DNA from: Octopus vulgaris
Lineage: Eukaryota
Assembly (NCBI GenBank): GCA_951406725.2
Contig: OX597820.1
Location: 120,280,001 to 120,344,000 of the forward strand
Direction: 5' to 3'
DNA length: 64,000 nt
The translations under genes were made by a program, and so were the position numbers. Under the pieces are notes generated by a model. It did no database searches. It was not told where the DNA came from and saw only the letters and a list, made by a program, of their open reading frames with translations. This document shows positions 14,165 through 27,286 of this stretch, piece after piece; position 1 is the first letter of the stretch, and each line of letters begins with the position of its first letter.

Positions 14165-14366
14165 TGAACACACACACACACATCGTTAGCCACTACACAC
14201 ATTTTTTTCTCTCCTTGTTTTTTGTCCCTTTCTGTGTCCCTTTCTGTAGAAGAGCGTAGGCTCGAAACTTAGAATACTTTTTCTATTCCTGAGCGTTTTA
14301 CTAATACATATGTTTGTTGTCTACACCACCTGTCTTCGTCTTTTGTTTTTTTCGTAAACTCTCCCT
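14165..14366 (+). mobile_element. Penelope-like element terminal fragment with a degenerate hammerhead-like motif
   Basis: ctgtaga-a-gagc(gtag)gctc-gaaac at 14244-14268; abuts (TA)n. Confidence 0.5.
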
Positions 14367-14399
14367 ATATATATATATATATATACATACAATAAAAAT

Positions 14400-14687
14400 G
14401 GTAAATAATTTTCCTGTGGTTTTTCATGTAACCAACAATTATTTACCGGTAAATTTCGGTATGTAAATACGACAAAATAATTGTCAAGACCTTTGTAAGG
14501 TTCAGTATATAGTAAAGAAAAATAAGTTGGCTAGCAGCAAGCTGTTTCGCCTCATACCGAAGGAATTAGAAATGGCAGTCAAAGACCGTTTTTTCCATTA
14601 GAAATGGAAAAAACGGTCTTTGACTGCCATTTCTAATTCCTTCGGTATGAGGCGAAACAGCTTGCTGCTAGCCAACTTATTTTTCTT

Positions 14688-14696
<9 letters not shown>
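14400..14696. mobile_element. (TA)n-flanked PLE-like terminal repeat with a perfect inverted partial duplication
   Basis: 94-bp perfect palindrome arms (14506-14599 / 14603-14696); homologous to the repeats at 42407 and 42966. Confidence 0.65.
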
Positions 14697-14738
<42 letters not shown>

Positions 14739-15419
14739 GAGAGAGGGAGAGAGAGAGAGAATCAGAGAGATTGATAGATAGATAGAGAGAGATAAATACA
14801 TAGATAGATAGGTAGACACACACACACGACAAATTATAGATATTTCTTTGTTTTGTTTGTCCCTGATCAAATTTTATTCGTACAATTATGTGAAAATATC
14901 CCTCCGGTACGAGAATCTCCTCCAAAGTGATGTGCATTCGACACAAGTCTAAATGCAACACCATCACAACTCGCACCACAAAATTTTGAATTGAAATGCA
15001 AATATTTCATTTAGATATATTTTTCCTACAAAAACATTTTTTTCCTCCAAAAACATTTTTTTCCTCATTCAAACAGCAAATATATTCGTTGAATGTCTCT
15101 AAAGTTTGTCTATTTCCTGTCACAAGAAACAAAAGGGATTTTCTGACTCTGTTTAACCGAATTAAAAAAAGGAAAAAAAAAAAAAACGTTCCTCCTGATT
15201 TTCGAGCACCGTTCTATCTCACAGTTGCTACATATTCCAAATATGCCAAATAAAAAAGAAAAGACACCCATAATTTGTGCAACAAATAAGATTCGTTGTT
15301 TGGTCTGGTTTATTCGACTAAGAAATTTTGTGAATCTTAAACAAACAGCGCAATAAGAATCAATAAAACAACGACTCTGTACTTTTGACGATAGACACGT
15401 CGATTACGAGGATAGCTAC

Positions 15420-16560
<1,141 letters not shown>

Positions 16561-17159
16561 ATGAAGATGACGAACAAGTAGAAGAAGAAGAAGCACAAGA
16601 ATAATACAAACTGCATGAAAAGCGCAAAAGAACAACGGCAACAACAACTAACCTATCACCAGCCCCAGCAACGCAGACTGCGAAACATCATTAACAACAA
16701 GAACAGCATCAAAACATACAGCTGCGATATACTTCACATAAAGAAATCATTCAGGCGGAAGATCAATGCATACATTAAAAAAAATGTCTAATATAAATAA
16801 ACTTTAAGATTAGATAAATAAATAATATTCTCTTAAGAAAGTTAAGTGAATGCGGCAGGAGACGTACAGAAAAGAAAATAATGAACAACATATAAATATA
16901 TATAGAGAGAGTAATCTATCCAATGCTTATGTTGGCTGGCGATTTTCCATCCTTCAGCAAATGGAACTCTAATAAGAATAGGCGAATTAATGTTGTGGGT
17001 AATCAAATTATTGTGCTCTAAGATTTTTGTCCACACAAAAATTTCCTATAACGATTGAAATATCTGCTTCATCGTTATTGTTTCACTTGGTCGATCTTCT
17101 GCCGATATATGAAGTATTTTGCCAACATTTGTACAACACTTCCATACTTACTTGAATTA

Positions 17160-17282
17160 GTTTTCTGGCTTTCCTTTTGTATTTTCTTTTCCTTCTATTG
17201 AGCGTGGCTGCTGCTCCCTGCTCTTCATTATTGGTTTTGTTTCTGCTAGTGCTCTAAGTGTTGATATTTCTTCTGCTTGGAT
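17160..17282 (-). pseudogene. Possible Penelope GIY-YIG endonuclease C-terminal remnant
   Basis: QAEEISTLRALAETKPIMKSRE resembles the E..I...KP..N..E end of PLE endonucleases; abuts (TA)n. Short and weak. Confidence 0.3.
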
Positions 17283-17291
17283 GTATATACA

Positions 17292-17334
<43 letters not shown>

Positions 17335-17433
17335 CATACATATATATACATACATACATATGTATATATATATATATATGATATATTGTGCGTTGAACTG
17401 AATAGGAATAATCACGCAGTTCGCCGTTCTTAT

Positions 17434-17518
<85 letters not shown>

Positions 17519-18029
17519 GAGGAGGAGGAGGAGGAGGAGGAGGAGGAGGAAAAGTTCAGTAACCGCGGTCAGCGTTCGGCTTCAGCAGTTTAATGGCACC
17601 GGTGCAGAGCTGATGTGTTTTTTTTTTCATTTTGTTGCCCTTCCTAAAAATAAATATTTTGGAGACGCAGTAACAACATTTCTAACTATTGGAAAAAAAA
17701 AATTTCGAAACTTTCCTTCCGTTGAGTTATTTCACAAGGGGTGTCCAATCGTTATGTTTGGAAAGCTATAATCAAGTTTGGATATTTAAAAAATAAAGTT
17801 AATTTTAAACTAAAACTGTAAACACGGAGGAATGAGATCGCTAGGACTGAGGGTGTAGAAGCGTCACGCTTCCAGTGATTCCATTTCGCTGTTGCATGTT
17901 CCCAAAGGATGTTTCCTTAACAGAGCAGCAGTGCTTGTTGAAGCAAAGATGGAGAGAGAAGGTTCGATATGTGTCATCTTGCTAAGCTTTTATAGCTCTA
18001 AATGTATAGAAAATATACGAAGCACACAA

Positions 18030-19050
18030 TCAGATAGAGAAGAGAAGCATATATAGTATATAATAGTAAAAATAAAACAAAAGAACAGAAAAGAAGTGAT
18101 ACTCTACTCCTGGCACAGTAGGATCTCTACGGATAATCAAGAAAACCCACCGTCCAAGATCTCCCTGAAACCAAGAGTAGGTGCCCTCTCCAATTCTTTC
18201 TCCCCAACTCACATGTCTACATTTAGAGTGGTACAATCTACTCATGCTATATTTCAATAAATTCACATGAAGACAGCACATCCTTCTCCACCCTTACATC
18301 GGTTTTCAAGAGAAACTTCATTGAGTAGATGAAAAGAAACTCTCTGTCCTCATGCCTTTCAATCTCGTCCACCAGACAACCTCTTTCGGCACTGCCGCCA
18401 AGCAAAACAAGACTGCCCTACTTGCTAGGTTAAAAGAAATCGGAGGGATAATCTTCACTACGGATTCGGCGACAGATGGATCCGTCTCACACGTGACAGC
18501 AGCTGTTCGACACAACCCCACAGATCAGTAATACCCGGACACTGAACGAATGCATGCAGAACGGGATCTCGAACTGGAACCGATCTTCGGTAGCACTGCC
18601 AGGCCGAGGACATCTGGGAAATTAGTTGTGGTCCTTGACCGGAAACACCTCCGAAACAGACTCGTCAATTCGATTTCGTCGTCGTCCATACCTTACGTCG
18701 TCGCCTTTCTCCGCCACTAATCCTCTATATATTTCTAAATTTGAACTTCCACTGTCCCACTGCCCGAATGGTGATGGCTGTGAGAGCCTGAAGTCATTCT
18801 GGTGCCAGGTGCAGGTGACTTTGCTGCAACTCCGTCATGGCAACGAGTTGCAGAAAGACGTGCCTCACAAACGGAACCTAGAAATCATAGCAGGTGGCAC
18901 AACCTCAGTGCGGGTCATCGCACCAAAAGCCACAGCATCCCTAATCCTCTCGTAGCAGACTGATCATTGGAAAGCGTCCCTTCTAAAGCATCCAAATAAA
19001 AGGCACTCCAGCCTTGTCAATCAGTAACCCGGGTAGGGCACGTCAGTCAG
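18030..19050 (-). pseudogene. Tx1/L1-clade LINE ORF2 C-terminal region and 3' UTR (deleted, frameshifted)
   Basis: VLHAFVQCPGITDLWGCVEQLLSRV (zinc-binding H..C motif) and AESVVKIIPP..FCLAAVPKEVVWWTRLKG, typical of the C-terminus of Tx1-like ORF2. Confidence 0.7.
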
Positions 19051-19718
19051 ACGATAAATGATAACGGAAACAATGCAGTCATTCGAAATTTCTACACGAC
19101 CTTTCAGGTGGTCTCTGCACATTTATAGATAAGACTGGATAAGACTGTATTTAGGTTTACTCCCCTAGTAGTAAATCTAAATAACAAAGTAAAATCAATG
19201 ATAAGCAGTGTCTTCCCGTGAAAAAGTTTCAGTTACTACTATGATATTGTTGATGAGACTTGTTCTTTGTCTATCTACTCACCCTCTTTGTGATTTTGGT
19301 TAATGGAATAACTATAAAAAATGAATCTTTTAAATTTAAATAAATTCTATATTTTTATGCAGCTGAGAATTGCTCTACATTTTAAAACTGATGTAATACT
19401 TGCATTGTTCAATTAAATGGAGTCGCATGAAACGATCGTACTGCATTACCTCTGGATACCCTTGTTGCTTATTTTGATTATAATCACCCCATTTTGAAAT
19501 ATATGGATAATACCATACCAAATTCTGGTGCTATCTATATCTATATGTACACCCTTTATTCCTGATATCATTTCCATTATGTGTAAGTGAGACTTCTTTT
19601 ACATGTATACATATGTACATTGTTTGTAGTAAATGTGTTTAACATATTGTGTATATCGACTTGACTAACTTGCTTATTCTTACACCTACACCTATATATA
19701 TATATATATATATATTAT

Positions 19719-19758
<40 letters not shown>

Positions 19759-19832
19759 GCATGTATATGTGTGTGTATATATATATATAGAGAGAGAGAG
19801 TGAGAGAAAGAGAGAGGGGTATGCATACACAC

Positions 19833-19872
<40 letters not shown>

Positions 19873-20538
19873 GTGTGTGTCAGTGTATGTATGTGCCTAT
19901 GGGTGTGTATGTATGTCAATCACTATTCCGCTATCCTCTCTATCCCCAGGTGTCCCATTTCCGACTATTTCTTGTTCCGTCTCTCTACCTCTCTCTCTCT
20001 CTCTCTCCCCTCTCTCTCTCTCGTGAGGTATGCATAAAATCAACCAAGTTCTTCTTTCCATTCCTTTCTTTGATACCATACTTCCACAAAAATTCTTGGC
20101 GTCCTTTTGCACTCTTCCTAGGAAGAGATGATCCTAAGCAGTAATTTGTACTGAAAAACCTTAATTTTGTGGACTTTATTCTCGAAAATATGTGTTTCGG
20201 TGATCAGCTTTTGTGAAATAGCCACGTTTGTTACCCTGCTTTTCCATTCTGGCAAACATCCGCAATTCAAAGGCTTCTAACTGTTCCTCTATTTCTCTGA
20301 ATATTACCCAAGTAAATTCTTCACAGAGGTTAATGTATGTAACAGTTTATTAGTCTCAATTTTAGGTGCACTGCTATGATTTTGAGGTGAGAATCTGCTT
20401 TTATTTATTGAAATAAATGTCATGTTAGCCTAACTTTCTTTCTATAGTCACAACTACCCTTTACATTGAGAACGCTAGGATTCTTAATGGTTTCTGAATT
20501 ATAGAATCAGTGCACTGAACATTTTCATAGGTATACAT

Positions 20539-21038
20539 AAAGAAACAGTGCACTGAACACAAGAAAGGATATTTATAGTTGAAAATGTTTTCGTGTCAGT
20601 ATGGCTGCAGTTGGTGATGTCTTTGGGGATCGTGTGATCTCTCGTGGTTTGTGGCCACCTCGATCACCGGATTTAACACCTCCTGACTTTTATTTGTGGG
20701 GCAAATTGAAAGACTCAGTGTATGCAGACAATCCTCGAACTACGGATGAACTGAAGCAGAAAATAACAAGTGTTATTCAAAACATCAAACCTGATGAACT
20801 TGAGTGTGTTTTTCAAAACACGCAGCGTCGCGCTCGTTTATGTCTGCAGGTGAATGGCGCACACTTTCAACAGTTATTGTAGATCATATCTTACTGCACG
20901 AGTCAATCCTCAATCGTACTTTAGTTGATAAGGTATTAAATTTGTGAATATTTGCAATAAATAGTATTTTTCTGTGAGTTTTGTTTCTTTGGGTTATTAG
21001 CATATTCCTACTGCACTGTTTCTTTTGAAACACCCTGT
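20539..21038 (+). mobile_element. Tc1/mariner element remnant with a transposase C-terminal fragment (20601-20882)
   Basis: WPPRSPDLTPPDFYLWGKLKDSVY...GAHFQQLL; right TIR ctgcactgtttcttttgaaacaccctg followed by TA; partial matching left TIR aaagaaacagtgca at 20539-20552. Confidence 0.9.
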
Positions 21039-21146
21039 ATAAGACACTTACATAATCGTACATAATGTCTGATTAGATGTCCAGCAGTCTCTGGCCATAG
21101 CAAATCACGTGAAATATTCATTATTGATTACAGGTAAGTTCACTAA

Positions 21147-21531
21147 TCTCTCTATATATAAACGGCAGTTTGTCTGTGCGTGTTTCTGTGTGTCTGTTTG
21201 CTTGTACCCTCACCCTGACCACGGCTTTCAACCGATTCTGATGAAACTTGACACACACATAGCCCAATGTCATAATTCAAAACTAACGCAGCGAAAATTT
21301 TGAAAAGTTCCCCCAGTTCTGAAAAAAATCGATAAATTCGACATGGGGTCGAGAATCAGAAACACGAACCACAAACTGTCTAGGGGACGCAACTCCACCT
21401 TTTTTAAATCTAAAAAAAAAATTTACCATCATTTTTTTCCATTTTTTTGCTATTTTTTGGCTATAACTCTCTAAAAATGCTTTATAGTTATTTCCCTTAC
21501 AAACCTGAGCAACGCCGGGCGATACTGCTAG
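21147..21531 (+). mobile_element. Non-autonomous Helitron (variant 5' half)
   Basis: 5' TC, 3' hairpin cctgagcaacgccggg plus CTAG, inserted between A and T without a TSD. Confidence 0.85.
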
Positions 21532-24260
21532 TAACGATAATAAATGTTTTGTAAATATGCTCTACTGTTTAAACTTTTTCTTTCAAAAGATCCTGCCCTT
21601 TAAAATATCGTACTTCGGCGAAGTTGAAAGATGTTGCAGATTTTAAATTTGACAATAGTTAAACGATTTTTAGATTTACCTGGGGCAGCTTTAAATCGAT
21701 CCTCGAAAATTTTGAATTGTTTTCCGGAGATGTTGATAATTTTAGAATCTTACTGACCGGATAAATCTTATATTAGTTGTTCAAAATTTTAATTGCCTGC
21801 AAAATCATAAATTTTACACCTTTTGCAGAACTACAATGCCTTGTACTGACAAGTATTCTCGAATTTTGACAGATGAAATAAGAGAGCCAATTCATGTTTA
21901 TATGCGAAGTAGGGCTACAGAATGATTGAGTTGTTAAATTCAATTTGCTTCCATGGTTTATTTTGAAATCAAATCGAACAACCCGTTAGCCTCTCATGCC
22001 AGAAACACGGTGAAGACGTCGACAGCAGGGCAGAAAGACGCTGGATAAGCCACACAACTGATGGCTTGAAGCTTACTGCGGCGAAGTAGAAGATCTTAAC
22101 CATCAGACAACAGTTAGGCATCGACTCAACAACTTCTTTAAAAATTGGTAACACAAATGTGGATTAGTAGAATTAAAGATTGTTCAGCTTTCCTAAAATA
22201 ATAGGCTAGGTTGTCTATAAACATAACCAGGGCATCGCAGAGAAATTTTAGTATGAGGATTAGAGTTTTATCCTCAGAAAGCAAGTTAACTTATATGCAA
22301 ATGGAGAGCTTATGATTCATATGACATAACTACAACAAATTACCATTTCATAAACATGTTCTTTTCGTTTGACTTTTCCCGTAAATGTTACCAGCCGAGA
22401 TATGATCTCTCCCTCGTTGATCCTATGCAACATTAACAGACTAGCTATTAATGAATGCCGCTAATCACCAAAAGTCAAATTACTTCTTGGTCATGTGATA
22501 TGAGAAGGAGAAACCTCAATGTCTAAAGTAATCAGTGTCATTGATTGAGTCGGGTTCGTTCATTATGATTTCCTAATGTGAATGTTTGGCAACGTTAAAT
22601 TAGATCCTTATCATGATTTGCTGAGTTGTGAATAGCGAAAGTCTTAGACGAATAATGTAGGAAATGTTTGTATGGGTTTCAGGAAGACCGGCGCAGTTGA
22701 TTCCTCCAATTTAGAGCGTAGAATTATAGAGTGATTGAATTGCATTGAATGATTGAATCAGGGAATTAAACGAATGTATTTCAGCTAAAGTAATTTGGGT
22801 AGTTTAACCTCGAGAGAAAACATACGGTTCCATCAAATTTAGCATCGGTGATTGCATCGATGTGTCACCGAGACTTAGTGAACATATTACCAAGTATGAT
22901 TTCTTAGTCAGCCTGTTTAATTATCATTCAAAATGCAGAATGAAGCATCTAGTGCACAAAACACATTAAATGTCATGTCTAGTTGAAGAAAATTCAAAAG
23001 AAAATAATTCCTCTTAAACATATGAATTTAATTCACGACCGCTCATGTAACTCAAGAGTATAAACCTCTCGATTCTATAACATTTGCTAAAACGACAGTT
23101 ATAAAAAGTTTACTAATAAATGTGTGAGTGTATAAAATCCTAGCTGAGCGAGGAAAATATCTTAAAACGTATAACAATGAAATGCAGACACCTTAAAAAG
23201 TATGACGTCTACATAAAACCTCTAAAGTTAACAAGATATGTCCATGTCAATATCGGATTATAAAGGTAGCCCATTCTCTATTTCGCAGAGCTTAGAACCC
23301 CCACGAACACTACTTTAGTATGCAGGGATCCCACATCATCCCATCACGCCTCTAAAATTCTTTCCCAACTTTCCTCAAACTCTAGCACGGCACCATTCAA
23401 AGTCAATCTTTGCAGAGCGGCACCTCTCTCTCTCTCTGCGTGCTTTAGCTTCGTTACTATTGCGTCAGCCCGGATACTTATTGATCAGAACTCGTAGGTA
23501 CGCTAGGATATGGTAAACAGAAGCTGTCCCCCACTTTAGTGGGCGTTGAGCATTCTTCATAAGGACTGGATGAATTTGTATAGAGTACGGTAAAATGAAA
23601 AAAAAAAAAGAAAAAAGAATGTTATTAGCGTTATAATTTAAGTGAAAATCCCTGAGAGTGCTTTAGAGAATAACATCCTAGACTGGCCCCAGCGGGGTTC
23701 AGAACACGCTCTAATAGAAAAATCATGTGGAAAAAGCTGCCTGTGGAGCGCGGCAGCAAACTGTTCTACCTGCAAACAGAGTCTAATGAGTAAGAAACGA
23801 AAAGTGACTTGGAACAGATGGAATGAGAATTAGAAAAGACAAAAGCGATCAAGGCAAGGGTTTGGAGTCGAGGAATTGTCATACTAATGTTTAAAACCGC
23901 AAATGATAAAGAAATTTCCACTTGTATGGTTTTCATGAATTGGCTTTGAAAGCAGATTTCGTGCAGAAACTATTGTAACTGATAATGAAATATGCGTTTG
24001 TCGTCTTCTTTGGATTGTATTTTACTATTCGCTAAATCGATACGACGGGTTTAGCAGCGGGAATTTGACAGTGTGGAAAGTCAAAAGATCTCATTAAGGG
24101 CTGAATTGGAAAGAGCCTAGTTTTTCTACCGTAGCAGAACCTTATACATCGGTAGAATCCCACGCGCGCGTACACATTCACGAGCATACACACAAACACA
24201 CATACATATCAGCGTTACATGAAAAGACGATGAGAGGTGATTATTCTGCAAATGATAATA

Positions 24261-24665
24261 CTCTTTTACTCTTTTACGTGTTTCAGTCATTTGACTGAGG
24301 CCATGCTGGAGCACCGCCTTTAGTCGAGCAACTCGACCCCGGGACTTATTCTTTTTGTAAGCCCAGTACTTATTCTATCGGTCTCTTTTGCCGAACCGCT
24401 AAGTGACGGGGACGGAAACACACCAGCATCGGTTGTCAAGCAATGCTAGGGGAACAAACACAGACGCACAAACACACACACATACATATATATACATATA
24501 TACGACAGGCTTCTTTCAGTTTCCGTCTACCGAATCCACTCACAAGGCATTGGTCGGCCCGGGGCTATAGCAGAAGACACTTACCCAAGGTGCCACGCAG
24601 TGGGACAGAACCCGGAACCATGTGGTTGGTTAGCAAGCTACTTACCACACAGCCACTCCTGCGCC
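24261..24665 (-). mobile_element. SINE family A, full length
   Basis: Reverse complement of the 4663 copy; possible TSD taata. Confidence 0.9.
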
Positions 24666-24818
24666 TAATATTCATAATCTTTAAGCTTATAAGAGTTCAC
24701 CGCATATTGGCTATAAAAAATAGCCTTATTATGCCCCAGTATATGACTGGTTTCTTTAGCCAATACACTGTGAATGCTTACAAGCTGTAAGCTTATAACC
24801 ATTGTTATTTGAAGAATG

Positions 24819-24887
<69 letters not shown>

Positions 24888-24929
24888 CCAATCCGGTCTG
24901 TAGTCAACTATTTTATGAACCAAATCTCT

Positions 24930-25335
24930 GCAGGAGTGGCTGTGTGGTAAGTAGCTTGTTTACCAACCACATGGTTCCGGGTTCAGTCCCACTGCGTGGC
25001 ACCTTGGGCGAGTGTCTTCTACTATAGCCTCGGGCCGACCAAAGCCTTGTGAGTGGATTTGGTAGACGGAAACTGAAAGAAGCCCGTCGTATATATATAT
25101 ATATATATATATATGCGTGTGTGTGTGTCTGTGTTTGTTCCCCTAGCATTGCTTGACAACCGATGCTGGTGAGTTTATGTCCCCGTTACTTAGCGGTTCG
25201 GCAAAAGAGACCGATAGAATAAGTACTGGGCTTACAAAAGAAAAAGTACCGAGGTCGAGTTGCTCGATTAAAGGCAGTGCCCCAGCATGGCCGCAGTCAA
25301 ATGACTGAAACAAGTAAAAGAGTAAAGAGAAAGAG
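24930..25335 (+). mobile_element. SINE family A, near full length
   Basis: High identity to the 4663 and 24261 copies. Confidence 0.9.
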
Positions 25336-25779
25336 ATGCAGTGATCAGAGGCTAACTCGGAATTGGGAAAACCTTGCATAACAGTGTTCTTGAATCTCAA
25401 CTTGGGTCTGCCAGTATCTCCATCGTTCTACAGCTTTTCCGATATTCCGCCTCCCACCATTTCCTGTAATGCGTTGTTGAAGCATAGCGTCCCGTTGCAT
25501 GGTTTTACTTCAATACAGATTTCCTCTTACTTAAACTTGTTCGTCTGTCTGAGTACATAACTGTTTTGAATGGAGACAGACCTATCCGTAAATAAACTCC
25601 AGCCTTTTATGAAGTCAGCCAACCTGAAACATTAGCAACGCCATCGGTAACGAAATTTTGCCCCTGTTTCAATCCCATCATTTGCTTGTAATAGAAGGAA
25701 CAGACAGTTTACCACCATGCGCATTGTGAATGATTTATGTCTAAAAATAAAGAAAACCAATGTTCAATTTTGCATTACT

Positions 25780-25905
25780 TTCTTCTTCTTCTTCTTCTTC
25801 TTCTTCTTCTTCTTCTTCTTCTTCTTCTTCTTCTTCTTCTTCTTCTTCTTCTTCTTCTTCTTCTTCTTCTTCTTCTTCTTCATCTTCTTCTTCTTCTTCT
25901 TCTTC
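25780..25905. repeat. (CTT)n microsatellite
   Basis: Direct reading. Confidence 0.95.
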
Positions 25906-26463
25906 TAATATTTTGTAATCGATATCGCCCGTTAGCTTATTTATTTGGAAGTTTGATAAACCTCATTATTGTCGGAGAAGACGATTGTATTCGGAAATTC
26001 ATCACATTGTGCTATCCAAGAAGAACTGATACCAGTAATTCCCTTCAGTATCACAGCTTAATCTATGGAGACGATGAACGATTTTGACGGGGCTTATAAT
26101 ATTCGGAACTGAATTGACGATTGTTAGCTTTTGCGGATATTATGACAACGTTCATATATATTCTGAGACGTTCCATTTAACACATTTGGTAAGATGGAGT
26201 GTTCCTTGACAACGTTTCTGTCAAACATTCATTATCAGATGTTTTAGCTTAAATCGATGTTAGTGGCTTTGATGCTTCTCAATTCAAATATCTTACCATC
26301 ATCAGAACGGAGAATGTCGTCGATAAATTAAACATACAAATTTTGTCCTTTTTGTGTGTACTCGGATAACTCTCGTTCCTCTGTGGAACGAAACTCTGTA
26401 TTTTGACATACAGCACGAAAATAATGTTATTCTGTATTCCATTTCATAAATATGGCGATATTG

Positions 26464-27286
26464 GGATCTTTTCGGTTTGAACGGCAGTTTTTAACATAAT
26501 TTCTAGGTTCTCTAAACAAATTTAAACTTCATATACTGGTAGAATAACTTTATAAAACATCTTTTTCTCTTGGCTTTATTGAGAAAATGTTATAGTTTGT
26601 AAGATATTTGTTTTTTTTTCTTCAATTTCTGCAATTTCAACCAATCACTGACGTCTATTGAGTTAAAAAACATTCTGTGCTGTATGAATATGTCCCTCGT
26701 TTAAGAAATAGATTGTGTTTACTCTTTACTCTTTACTCTTTTACTTGTTTTAGTCATTTGACTGCGGCCATGCTGGGGCACCGCCTTTAGTCGAGCAAAT
26801 CGACCCCGGGACTTATTCTTTGTAAGCCCAGTACTTATTCTATCGGTATCTTTTGCCGAACCGCTAAGTGACGGGGACGTAAACACACCAGCATCGGTTG
26901 TCAAGCAATGACAAGTACACAAAAATATACACACACATTCATATATATACATATACATATATACGACAGGCTTCTTTAAGTTTCCGTCTACCAAATCCAC
27001 TCACAAGGCATTTATCGGTCCGGGGCTATAGCAGAAGATACTTGCCCAAGATGCCACGCAGTGGGACCGAACCCGAAACCATGTGGTTGGTAAGAAAGCT
27101 ACTTACCACACAGCCACTCCTGCGTTTATTTACATTTGTGAAGAAAAAAAGATACCCTGCCCCCCACCCCTAACCCTAACCCTAAAACATATTGAAATGC
27201 AATAGATCGATACTGGGGTCGTAATTATGGGTGACAATTTCATATGACACCGTTAGAAAAAACTGTCGTTCAAACCGAAAAGATCC
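26464..27286. mobile_element. TIR element family F, interrupted by a SINE A insertion
   Basis: TIRs ggatcttttcggtttgaacggcag / ctgtcgttcaaaccgaaaagatcc; 8-bp TSD cgatattg (26456-26463 and 27287-27294); ccctaa repeats near 27168-27185; colinear with the 11252 copy once the SINE is removed. Confidence 0.85.
26722..27123 (-). mobile_element. SINE family A nested in TIR element F
   Basis: TSD gttta; the empty site (gggtttatttacatt) is visible in the 11252 copy. Confidence 0.9.
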
